DNA of 64,000 bases from an uncultured Actinomycetota bacterium (lineage in GTDB: Bacteria > Actinomycetota > UBA4738 > HRBIN12). The stretch spans positions 53,176-117,175 of the forward strand of contig CAVQEW010000001.1 in the NCBI GenBank assembly GCA_963711655.1, given 5' to 3'. The translations under genes were made by a program, and so were the position numbers. Below are positions 38,875 through 47,867 of the stretch, in pieces (positions within the stretch are counted from its first letter, which is position 1; the number at the start of each line of letters is the position of its first letter). Under the pieces are notes generated by a model. It was not told the DNA's origin. It was given only the letters and a program-made list of their open reading frames with translations, and did not search any database.

Positions 38875-39617
38875 ATGGTCGCCTCCGGCGACGTGGACAC
38901 CTTCGATCGAGAGGTCAGGCTCGCCGTGTACCGGAAGGTCGTCGCCGAGAGCCGGCCGCCCTCACGGCGCCGGAGCTCGCCGCCGAGCTCGGCGTGGCGA
39001 CGGTCGGACGTCGAGACCTCCCTCCACCGGCTCGCGGCCGGGCACGTCCTCGTCCTCGCGCCCGGTACGAACTCCATCTGGATGGCGAGCACCGTTCTCC
39101 GCGATCCCGACGCCCGTTCGAGGTGAGCGTCGGCGAGCGCCGGTACTTCGCCAACTGCATCTGGGACGCGCTCGGGGTCGCCGCGTGCCTGCACGCCGAC
39201 GCCCGGATCGACACGCTCGTGCCCCGATTGCTCGGAACCGATGCGTCTCGAGGTCCGCGACGGTGCGCTGGAAGAGACCCGCCGAGGGCGTGGATCCACT
39301 TCGCGGTCCCGGCGGCCCGGTGGTGGGAGGACATCGGCGCGACCTGATCGACGATGCTGCTCTTCCGGTCGGAAGAGCACGTGGAGCGGTGGAACGAACG
39401 GCGAGGAACGCCGGCGGGCGCCACGTTCACCCCGGAACAGGGGTGGCGCCTGGCGAGCGCGTGGTTCCACGATCGCCTGACTCCCGAGTGGCGGAGGAGG
39501 TCACCCGAGGAATCGAAGGCGATCTTCGACGCGATCGGGCTCAGCGGCGCGTTCTGGGACCTCGATCCGGCCGGCGAGGTTTCCTCGACGGGCACGCTGG
39601 ATACATCTGACCCATGA
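38875..39617 (+). CDS. MerB-like (organomercurial/alkylmercury lyase family) protein with in-frame TGA at 39345-39347 (candidate selenocysteine); N-terminal two thirds carry about 6-8 single-base frame breaks
   Basis: Reconstructed sequence: MVASGDVDTFDREVRLAVYRKVVAE..LTAPELAAELGVATV.DVETSLHRLAAGHVLVLAPGTNSIWMA.PFSAIPTP.FEVSVGERRYFANCIWDALGVAACLHADARIDTL.CPDCSEPMRLEVRDGALEET.PAEGV.IHFAVPAARWWEDIGAT-TGA-STMLLFRSEEHVERWNERRG... ORFs 38994..39347 and 39354..39617 share one frame. The ANC/WDA residues and the TGA align with MerB Cys96/Asp99/Cys159 as I remember that sequence. Confidence 0.6.
39358..39379 (+). promoter_or_regulatory. Candidate bacterial SECIS hairpin (9-bp perfect stem, GGUC tetraloop), 10 nt downstream of the in-frame TGA
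   Basis: TGCTCTTCC-GGTC-GGAAGAGCA, read directly. All nine pairs are Watson-Crick. The loop GGUC lies 23-26 nt from the U of UGA. Confidence 0.55.
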
Positions 39618-39751
39618 CGAACAACTTCGTGCACCTCGCTCAGCGCTTCCAGCAGGAAGGCGGCTTCGTGATCGGGAGGGTCGCCCTGGTCGTCCTGATC
39701 CTCGCGATCGTGATGGTGGCCGCGCTCGTCGCGCTGATCGTCCCGAACTAG
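39614..39751 (+). CDS. 45-aa single-TM small protein, hypothetical
   Basis: MTNNFVHLAQRFQQEGGFVIGRVALVVLILAIVMVAALVALIVPN. The ATG overlaps the MerB-like stop (ATGA). It is below the ORF-track cut-off. Confidence 0.4.
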   Translation: MTNNFVHLAQRFQQEGGFVIGRVALVVLILAIVMVAALVALIVPN

Positions 39752-40362
39752 CGCTCGCCCACCGGTTCGAGCGCCGCGCGGACGAACGCGACCACTTCCT
39801 TCTCGCGTCGGCGCAGCGATGCCCGACTCTTGTCGGCTCCGACGACCGCATGGAGGACGCTCGCCTCGGTGAGCGACCCGACGACGGCCGTGTAGAGGGT
39901 GAACAGGAGCATCGCGGGGTCCTGCTTCCGCACCTGACCCTCGTCCATGCCCGACTGGAGGAAGTCGACGGCGCGCCTCCGGAGCGGGTCCAGCACGTCG
40001 GCGAAGCGCTCGAACGCCAGCGGTCCGAGCCGGCCCGCCTCGCGGACGAACATGGGGAACTCGGGCCACTCGGTCGCGAGGCCGAACACCGCGTGGATCA
40101 CGGCCTCGGCTCGGGCCCAGTACCCCTCCTTCCCCTCGAGGGCGTCGGCGATCACCTCGGCCAGCCGGATCCCGGCCGCCTGGAGGCAGGCTTCGAGCAG
40201 GGCGTCCTTACTGGCGAAGTAGTACAGGAGCGTCTGCTTCCGGACGCCGACGGCTCCGGCGATGTCGTCCAGGCTCGCGCCCGCGTAGCCCTCCCGGCCG
40301 AACTGGCGGATCGCCTCCTCGATGAGTGTCGAACGCCGTTCCTCGCCGCCCGTCCTCGGCAC
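39748..40362 (-). CDS. TetR/AcrR-family transcriptional regulator
   Basis: HTH in RSTLIEEAIRQFGREGYAGASLDDIAGAVGVRKQTLLYYFASKDALL. GTG at 40362. It is the last gene of the minus-strand lipid operon. Confidence 0.8.
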   Translation of the reverse strand: MPRTGGEERRSTLIEEAIRQFGREGYAGASLDDIAGAVGVRKQTLLYYFASKDALLEACLQAAGIRLAEVIADALEGKEGYWARAEAVIHAVFGLATEWPEFPMFVREAGRLGPLAFERFADVLDPLRRRAVDFLQSGMDEGQVRKQDPAMLLFTLYTAVVGSLTEASVLHAVVGADKSRASLRRREKEVVAFVRAALEPVGER

Positions 40363-40367
40363 GGCGG

Positions 40368-41288
40368 CTACTCCCAGACCTTCGCCGGGCCCTTGCGCCC
40401 GACCGGACGCGAGCCCTCCCATCGGCGGAGCCAATCGGGCCCGGACGGCCCCACGAGCGATGGGGTTTCGCCGCGCTGAGCCCGTTGGAGCGATTCCCAC
40501 CACGTCGTGCGTTCCTCGTGGAAGAGCTGGGTCACGGCTTGCGTCATCCGCCGGGACAGATCCTGGTGCGACTCTCCTTCGATCGGCCAGAACGGCTCGC
40601 CGTAGCGCACGGTGACGGGTGGTCGCCCCGAGCGCGGCCAGAAACGACCCTTGGGCATCGCTTGGAACGCGCCGACGATCGCGATGGGCGCGAGACCGGC
40701 GCCGGTTTCCAACGCCAGCCGCGCCGCGCCGTGGCGGAAGCGCTGGAGGTGCCCGTCCGCCGAGCGAGTGCCTTCCGGGAACACGACGATGCTCCATCCC
40801 TCGGACAGGAGCTCGCGCGCCTTGTCGACGGCTCCCTTGGCACCGCGCGCGCGATCGATCGGGAAGGCCCCGTAGACGAGCGCGGTGAACGCCTGCCGCC
40901 ACCACACGTCGAAGAAATAGTCGCGCGCGGCGCCGACCGCGGTCTTGGCCTGCCACTCGTCCGGGAGCGTGCACATGATGAGCGTCGCGTCGAGATGGCT
41001 GGAGTGATTCGAGTAGAGGATCAGCGGCGGATCGACGCTCGTGAGGTTGTCGCGTCCGAAGACCCGAAGGGTGAGCTCGTTGCGGACGATCGGCGTCATC
41101 CCTCCTTTCAGGAGCACTTGCCGTACGGCGACGCCCGCGTCGGTCCGCGCCCAGTCGGAAGGGAAGACCCGGTCCGCCTTCGGCTTCGCGTGCTCCTCCG
41201 CCGACCGAGGGACCAGCGGCCGCCGACCCCAGCGGAATCCTTCCGACATGGCCTTGAGCTCGTCCATGGCGTTCCGTACCGACCTCAT
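40368..41288 (-). CDS. Lysophospholipid/1-acylglycerol-3-phosphate acyltransferase (PlsC family)
   Basis: 306 aa, intact. HX4D motif in YSNHSSHLDA, plus FPEGTRSADG and IVGAFQAMP. Confidence 0.8.
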   Translation of the reverse strand: MRSVRNAMDELKAMSEGFRWGRRPLVPRSAEEHAKPKADRVFPSDWARTDAGVAVRQVLLKGGMTPIVRNELTLRVFGRDNLTSVDPPLILYSNHSSHLDATLIMCTLPDEWQAKTAVGAARDYFFDVWWRQAFTALVYGAFPIDRARGAKGAVDKARELLSEGWSIVVFPEGTRSADGHLQRFRHGAARLALETGAGLAPIAIVGAFQAMPKGRFWPRSGRPPVTVRYGEPFWPIEGESHQDLSRRMTQAVTQLFHEERTTWWESLQRAQRGETPSLVGPSGPDWLRRWEGSRPVGRKGPAKVWE

Positions 41289-41298
41289 CTGCGCCCCT

Positions 41299-42888
41299 TC
41301 ACACGACGTCCGCGATCATGATCGGCGGCGCGTGGAAGTAGGTGATCGTCGGCGAGGACCCCACCGTGTCCTTCGCCATCTCGAGCGCGTCGCGGAACGA
41401 ACCCGCGGCGCGGTAGCCGAGGCGCGCGACCGACTTGGGCTCCCCACCGACGAAGATCACGTCGCCGGCGTGATCGCGCCCGTGCGCCCCCCAGTACCAC
41501 ATGTAGAAGGGATGCACGCCGTGATAGGCGTGCGACGTTCGGTACAGGTGCGTGTACCACGGGTCGGTCGCGTAGCGCTCCTCGTACTTGGACTCGATCG
41601 TCGCGGGGTCCGTCGTCTCGGCGAGCACCTCCTCGAAGAAGTCGATGTAGGAGGGGTGATGGATCTGATGGAACTCCCACGGGACCGGGTGGTACAGGAT
41701 CACGACGCCGCCCGGCTTCACCAGCGGCATGTTCCGATACATGTTGAAGAGGTAGCCGAGCCCGAGACAGTGCACGAGGATCGGGTTGAGGATCGAGTTC
41801 ACGTTGTACGGCCCGAGGTACGGCAAGCCGAGCACCAGCACGTCGGATTGACCGCGCACCTCCACCAGCTGCTGGCGGTGGAGGTTCTCGAGGGTCCGCT
41901 CGTGCACGGCCTCGACCTCACCGGCGTTGATACCGGTGAGCTTGTACGGCGCCTCGACCCGGCGGAAGAACTCCCGGCGCACCCGGGGCGGCGCCATCGC
42001 GTTCCCCTTCCGCGCCGCCATCATCAGGCCCTGGTCGTAGGCGGACCACTCCCATTCGCGCTTGTTCAGGAACCCGAGGTTCTTCGGGAAGGTCTCGGCG
42101 TTCACGGTGGTCTCGATCTGGAACACCTTCGGACCCTCGGCGGCGATCAGGCGGCCCATCCTGGTCGCGGAGTCGGCGATCGCGCTGTGTCCCGGCCGCG
42201 TGTCCATGTAGGAACGCGAGTGCATCATCGTCTCGACGTTGTGATGGTGCTTGAGGGAGCGATAGCCGGCCAGACCGATCGCGACCGACTTGTGGCCACC
42301 GTCCATCGCCACGAGGTTCACGTTGACGTAGACGAGCAGGTCCGACTCGGCGGCGCGCTTCGAGATCTCCACGACCTCGTGCTTGTCGGTCGTGCCGATC
42401 TCCGTCAGCTCGTCCTTGTCCTCGCCGTCGAAGTTGTAGAGGTCCTTCGGCCAGAAGGAGCGATAGACGCGCTCGCCCACCATCCGGCGGATCTCGCCCG
42501 CGGTCATCCTGCGGTGGAGCGCGGTCGCGACGACGATCTGGACGTCCTCGACGCCCTTCCGGGCCGCGAGCTCGATCACCTGCTCGAGGATGCGTTGCCG
42601 GATGTCGGGGAGCGTCATCGGCGGCAGGGGGATCGAGATGTCGTCCACGGCGATCGTGAGCTTCATCCCGGCCTTCAGCAGCTCGGGGAGCGGCTCGGAG
42701 TCCCCGAGCGGATGCTGCAGCGCATGACGGATCGCGGCGTTCACGTCGCGGATCCCCGGCAGCGCGTCCGGCGGGTACACCACGCGGGTGCCGAGGGGGA
42801 ACTTCTGCATGCGGAAGCCCTCCCCCTCGTGCACGAGCAGCGGCGGCGTCCGCTCGTCCACCTCCAACACGAAACCGGGTCTGGGCAT
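41299..42888 (-). CDS. LarA-like (lactate racemase N-terminal domain, DUF2088) protein
   Basis: 529 aa, intact. Motifs KLTIAVDDISIPLPP, ATALHRRMT, VNVNLVAMDGGHKSVAIGLAGYRSLKHHHN. The family assignment is from memory of the motif pattern and needs an HMM check. Confidence 0.55.
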   Translation of the reverse strand: MPRPGFVLEVDERTPPLLVHEGEGFRMQKFPLGTRVVYPPDALPGIRDVNAAIRHALQHPLGDSEPLPELLKAGMKLTIAVDDISIPLPPMTLPDIRQRILEQVIELAARKGVEDVQIVVATALHRRMTAGEIRRMVGERVYRSFWPKDLYNFDGEDKDELTEIGTTDKHEVVEISKRAAESDLLVYVNVNLVAMDGGHKSVAIGLAGYRSLKHHHNVETMMHSRSYMDTRPGHSAIADSATRMGRLIAAEGPKVFQIETTVNAETFPKNLGFLNKREWEWSAYDQGLMMAARKGNAMAPPRVRREFFRRVEAPYKLTGINAGEVEAVHERTLENLHRQQLVEVRGQSDVLVLGLPYLGPYNVNSILNPILVHCLGLGYLFNMYRNMPLVKPGGVVILYHPVPWEFHQIHHPSYIDFFEEVLAETTDPATIESKYEERYATDPWYTHLYRTSHAYHGVHPFYMWYWGAHGRDHAGDVIFVGGEPKSVARLGYRAAGSFRDALEMAKDTVGSSPTITYFHAPPIMIADVV

Positions 42889-42914
42889 GGGTCGTCTCCT
42901 GTCTCTTCGTTTTC

Positions 42915-44124
42915 CTAGGCTTGTGGCGCGAACGCCACCTTGAACGTGCCGAGCGTGCCGGCGGTCATCGCATGGTCAAGGGCGTCGCGCCACCGATCCA
43001 GCGGATAGGTCGCTCCCACGAGCTGCTCCAGCATCGGAAGGTTCGAGGCCAGCTCGATCGCCATCTCGAACGTGGGTCTCGTGACCCCTTCCCCGAGGTC
43101 CTCGACCCCCGAGGTGTAGGCGCCGACGAGCTCCAGCTCCCGGAACCAGAGCGGCGTGAGATCGGCGCCGCCGCCGGGGATGCCGGAGACGACGACGCGG
43201 CCTCCCGCCTTCGTGGTCCGCAGGGCGAGGTCGAGCGCGCTGCTCGAACCGGTGCACTCGATCGCCACGTCGACACCACCGAGGAGGAACTCCATCCCGC
43301 GCTCGGGCGTGAGCTTCACGGCGTGGTCGGCCCGGCGCACCGCCTTCACGGCGTGCTCCGGACGCACGACGTCGTCGGCACCCGGCCATCGACGCCGCGG
43401 CGCGCTGGCGCTGGTGCTTCGCCGCCACGATCACGTGGTCGGCCTTCGTGAACGCCTTGATCGCGATCAGCGTCAGGATGCCCACCGTGCCGGCGCCGAC
43501 GATGTGCACGGTTCCTCCCGCCGGGACCCGCGCCCGGAACGCCGCGTGGATCGCGCACGCGAGCGGCTCGATCAACACGGCCGACTCATCGCCCATGTCC
43601 TCGGGTACCGGCCAGAGCTGGGATCGGTGGGCGAGCATCAGCCGGCTCCACCCGCCGCCCGTCTCCTCGCAGTAGCCGGTCTGGAGTCCGGGCTTCAGAT
43701 GGCCGACCGTGACGCGGTCGCAACGACCCACGTGCCCTGCCGCGCAATGCTCGCAGAGCGGGTCCTCTCCCCGCGCAGCGCACCCGAGGACGCTCGAGAG
43801 CACCACCCGCTGGCCGGCCACGAGGTCTCCGCAGTCGTCCTGGAGCTCACCGACGACCTCGTGGCCGGGCACGAACGGGAGCGACACGAGCGGCGAGAAG
43901 TAGAAGGAGGATCGCCCGGAGATCGTGGACAGGTCGCTGCCACAGATCCCGGCGAGCAGCGGCTTCACGCGCGCCCACCCTTCGCGCGTCGGCTCCGGAT
44001 CCTTCTGGGTCACGAGCCGGAGCGGCGCAAGCCCTCCCGTGAGCAGGCCGGGCGCCTTCGATCCGAGCGTCCGCGCGCCCAGGTACTTCGGGGCGGAGCG
44101 ATAGAACTCGAGCGCCAGCGCCAC
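42915..44124 (-). CDS. Zinc-type medium-chain alcohol dehydrogenase; one frame break at about 43380
   Basis: Motifs GICGSDL, VPGHEVVGEL, CEHCAAGHVGRC and IVGAGTVGILT in the frame of 42976..44268. The protein continues in ORF 42915..43367 (ADDVVRPEHAVKAV...VDVAIECTGSSSAL). GTG at 44124, 4 nt after the upstream stop. Confidence 0.75.
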
Positions 44125-44128
44125 GTCC

Positions 44129-46447
44129 CTACCTCCTCGCCGGCTTCGGGAATCGGACGCGCGGCATGCCCTTGGACATGCCCCACTCCTCGATCGGCCA
44201 CCGGCGCCGTCGCGCGTACCGGTACAGGTGCGAGTCGGGCGAGACCGCCACGGGGTTCCCCACGGCACGGAGCAAGGGCAGGTCCGAGTAGGAGTCCGCG
44301 TACGCGTAGGAGCTCTTGAGGTTCACCCCTTCACCCGCCGCGTAGCGGCGGAGCCACGCCGCGCGCGCCTCACCCACGAGCGGAGGCGTCGACATGAACC
44401 CGGTGTAGCGACCCTCGTCGTCGATCTGGAGGTCGGCGCCGATCACGACGTCGAACAGCGGATCCAGAGGACGGAGGAACGCGTTCGCGGCGGCGGTGAG
44501 CAGGAGGGTGCGGTGTCCCGCCGCTCGGTGTTCGCGGATCCGGCGGATCGCGCCGGGACTCGCCTTCTGGAGCATGAACTCCCCCACGTGCCGATCGACG
44601 AGACGCTCCAGGCCCTCGACCGACGCGCCCTCGTAGCGCCGGAAGAACGTGCGCAGGAAGTCCCCTCGATCCCGGCGGTCGATCGCCAGGTACCGCGGGA
44701 TCCGTCCGAAGACCCCCACCAGCTCGCTCGGCCACTCGTCGGCCTCGAGGTCGGCCATCCTCGCCCACACGTAGGACTCGACGACGTTGGAGGAGATGAT
44801 CGTCCCCTCCATGTCGAAGACGGCGAGGACCGGCTCTTCGCGTTCCCGGATCTTGACGTTCGGACGCGCGCGGTCCGTCCGCGACAGCTCGCGGAGCGAT
44901 CGGGTGACGGCCGGCGAGTGGACGTCCTGGAGGTAGTGCTTCCAATCGATCGCCGCCGCGTCGAACGGGAAGCGGGCCTTGTCCTCCTTCGACAGGCTCC
45001 GGTAGAGGGCCATCGCGACGTCATCGGTGTAGATGACCTCGGCCTCCGTGTAGGCGCCGTAGAGATCGGAGTACCGCTTCACGAAGTCCACGCGCGCCTT
45101 GTCGCGATCGACGCGACGGACGGCGTCGCGCATGCCCTTCGACTTGGGCAGGTGGGTCACCACCTGTTCGGCGATGTCGGTCAGCCGCTCGGCCCGGCGG
45201 AGCATCTTCTCGACGGTGACGTTGCCGGGGAACGTCCACTCCGGCACCTTGTGCTCCCCCCGGCCGCGCTCGGGCAACGGGTGCGCCTCGAAGTACTCAC
45301 GGACGAGCGCGTAGAGCTGGTGGAACTGCAGCGGGTTCCGATCGCCGGAGGAGATGTGGTAGTGCGCCGGCTCGCCTGCTGACGGTGGCGTCGCCGCCAC
45401 GGCGAGGATCGCGTTGACCACGAAGTCCACCGGGATGATGTCGACGATGCCCTCCGGGATGCCGGGGAACTCGGGGATCTGCCCCAGCCCGTACGCGCGG
45501 ATGATCGGGTCCGCCATCTTGAAGCCGTCGATCCAGCCCGGAGCGGGATGCAGGAGCGCGGACTCGATGATCGAGGGACGCACGATCGAGAGCGAGAGCT
45601 GCTCGGCCGCCGCGAGCTCCTCCACGGCCCGCTCGCCCATCGCCTTCGTGAACGTGTAGACGTCGGGCCACCCGAGCGATCGAGCGCGTTGGCGTCCGTA
45701 CTCCACGAGCCGCTTCGTCATCCACTCCTTGCGGCGTTGCTCGGCGTCATCCGCCACGGTGGTGGGCCCGGCGCGGGAATGCTCCTTCGACGCATCCTCG
45801 AGGAACCGCTCGAGGAGCTCCGGCTTCCTCGAGGACGCCTCCACGTCACGGCGGGCCTGGAGGGCGAGGTCCGCCTCGAGCCCCCAGTCGACGCGATGAT
45901 CGAGCGTGCGTTCCGGGATCACGCCTTTCTGGACGCCGGCCACGTACGCGGTCGAGACGTGGACGAGCGCGGGACGCGATCCCCCCGCGAGCACCGCGCG
46001 GTAGAGGTTCATCGCGCCGAACAGGTTCGTCTGGAACGCCTCGTCGATCGGCGGATCGAACGAGACCGTCGCGGCGGAATGGATCACGACATCGATGTCC
46101 CCCGGGATGTCCGGCTGACTCCGTGAGAAATCGCCGTCGACGACCTCGATCCGCTCGTCCAGGAGTCGAAGGAGCGCGTCGTCGGAACCGAGGGACTCTC
46201 GGAGGCGGTCGAAGGACGGCTTGCGCGTGAGGTAGTGGACCCGGTCGACGGAGGAGGCTCCGGTCTGGGATCGGACCAGGAGCACGATCGAGGTTTCGGG
46301 GAAGTCGGCGAGGAGGCGCTCGAGGATGACCTGCCCGAGGAAACCGGTCACGCCCGTGAGGAAGATCCGCTTGCCTGCCAGGCGACGCACGATCGAGCCG
46401 CGTGCCTTGGCGGTGCTCCTCCCGCCCTGGGCCTCGTTCTCTACCAT
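44129..46447 (-). CDS. Fatty acyl-CoA/ACP reductase (NAD_binding_4, FAR type) fused to a HAD-IB hydrolase domain
   Basis: 772 aa, intact. Rossmann fold motif IFLTGVTGFLGQV, plus VIHSAATVSF, VSTAYV and YTFTKAMGE (YxxxK). The C-terminal HAD domain has AVFDMEGTII...YADSYSDLPLL. Confidence 0.75.
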   Translation of the reverse strand: MVENEAQGGRSTAKARGSIVRRLAGKRIFLTGVTGFLGQVILERLLADFPETSIVLLVRSQTGASSVDRVHYLTRKPSFDRLRESLGSDDALLRLLDERIEVVDGDFSRSQPDIPGDIDVVIHSAATVSFDPPIDEAFQTNLFGAMNLYRAVLAGGSRPALVHVSTAYVAGVQKGVIPERTLDHRVDWGLEADLALQARRDVEASSRKPELLERFLEDASKEHSRAGPTTVADDAEQRRKEWMTKRLVEYGRQRARSLGWPDVYTFTKAMGERAVEELAAAEQLSLSIVRPSIIESALLHPAPGWIDGFKMADPIIRAYGLGQIPEFPGIPEGIVDIIPVDFVVNAILAVAATPPSAGEPAHYHISSGDRNPLQFHQLYALVREYFEAHPLPERGRGEHKVPEWTFPGNVTVEKMLRRAERLTDIAEQVVTHLPKSKGMRDAVRRVDRDKARVDFVKRYSDLYGAYTEAEVIYTDDVAMALYRSLSKEDKARFPFDAAAIDWKHYLQDVHSPAVTRSLRELSRTDRARPNVKIREREEPVLAVFDMEGTIISSNVVESYVWARMADLEADEWPSELVGVFGRIPRYLAIDRRDRGDFLRTFFRRYEGASVEGLERLVDRHVGEFMLQKASPGAIRRIREHRAAGHRTLLLTAAANAFLRPLDPLFDVVIGADLQIDDEGRYTGFMSTPPLVGEARAAWLRRYAAGEGVNLKSSYAYADSYSDLPLLRAVGNPVAVSPDSHLYRYARRRRWPIEEWGMSKGMPRVRFPKPARR

Positions 46448-46464
46448 CCGGCAGATTATCGGCC

Positions 46465-46480
46465 TCTACCGTTCGGTAGA
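46465..46480. promoter_or_regulatory. Palindrome TCTACCG-TT-CGGTAGA, candidate TetR operator in the lipid-operon promoter region
   Basis: Read directly. It lies 18-33 nt upstream of the FAR-HAD ATG (46447), in the 107-nt gap shared with the divergent GGDEF gene. Confidence 0.4.
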
Positions 46481-46554
46481 CAACCCCGCTGCTCAAGGAG
46501 GCGTTCTCGCAGGTCGAAAGGCAAGAAGTCGGACTCCCTGCAGGAGAAGCGCAC

Positions 46555-47834
46555 ATGTCGCTCCGCTCGAAGATGCTCGCCATGTCGACGATCCCCATCG
46601 TCGTGCTGGCGGTCGCGGTCATCTACGCGGTTTCTGCGCAACGAACCGCGGCGCGGACGAACGCCGACGTGGACCGAACCAACGCGGTGCGGCAGGAACT
46701 CTCTGCGATCCAGGATGACCTGACGGTCGCCGAATCGAGCGTCCGTGGGTTCCTGCTCACCGAGCAAGACCGGATGCTTGCGGCCTACGACGTTGCCGTC
46801 GACTCCCTTCGACAGGACCTCGCGGACCTCGACCCCCAGCTGTCCGAGGAGCTCCAACGGAATCGCCTCGATCGGCTCAACGAGCTCGCGACGGAGCGGG
46901 TGGCGACGCTCCGCGCGGTCCTTCGGACCGGGGCGATCGACGCGCCGGAGGCACGGGAACGTCTCGAGAGGCTCCTCCTCCACGGTCAGACCATCACGGA
47001 CGGGATGCGGGGGCTCATCTCCCAGATGCAGCAGACCGCCGCCGATCTCACCGCGGAGCGGATCGCGTCGCGAGACGCCGCCTTCCATCGCTCGTACATC
47101 GTGCAGGTCCTCGCGATGCCCGCGGCGGTCTTCGTCGCGATGATCCTCGATGGCGAGCTTCACCGCCGGGATCGTGAGACGGGTCGGCAAGATGCGCGAC
47201 AACGCCGGACGCCTGGAGCGCGGGAACCCACTCGAGGCCCCCGATCGTTCCCACGACGAGCTCGGAACGCTCTCCCGGGCGCTCGTCGGGACCGGAGCGC
47301 ATCTGTCCGAGCTCCAGGAGGAGCTCCGCAGACACGCCACCGTCGACGACCTGACGGGTCTGGCCAACCGGCGCGGCTTCTTCGCGCTCGGCGAGCACGA
47401 GCTCCTGGTCGCGGCGCGCACGCGGTCCTCCGTCGGCCTGCTGTTCGTCGACGTCGACGGGTTGAAACAGGTGAACGACGAACGGGGTCACGGCGTGGGC
47501 GACGATCTGCTGAAGGAGACGGCCGACATCATCCGGGAAACGATCCGTGCCTCCGACATCGCCGGCCGTCTCGGGGGCGACGAGTTCTGCGTCCTCCTGA
47601 TGGGCGACCCCGAGCTCGTTCCCGAGCGCGTGGTGGAACGGATGCGAGAGACCGAGGCCGTCCACAACGGTCGGCCCGGGCGCGCGTACCGCGTGTCCTT
47701 GTCGGTCGGGCGTCTCCGCGCTCCCTCCCGGCAGGTCGGTCACCCTCGAGGAGCTGATCGACGCGGCCGACGAGCGGATGTACGAGGTGAAGCGGGCGAA
47801 GTCGCGCGAGCCCCACACCGTCTGGTCCATCTGA
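46555..47834 (+). CDS. CHASE3-HAMP-GGDEF diguanylate cyclase; 2 frame breaks (near 47148 and 47709)
   Basis: ORF 46555..47757 holds the N-terminus (TM helix, CHASE3-like VRQELSAIQDDLTVAESSVRGFLLTEQ). ORF 47150..47929 holds the HAMP and GGDEF domains (DDLTGLANRRGF, RLGGDEFCVLL). The last 40 aa (SALPPGRSVTLEELIDAADERMYEVKRAK) are in a third frame that ends with TGA at 47832-47834. Confidence 0.75.
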
Positions 47835-47867
47835 CGAAGGACCTTCCCGGACGGTCGAAGGACCAGG

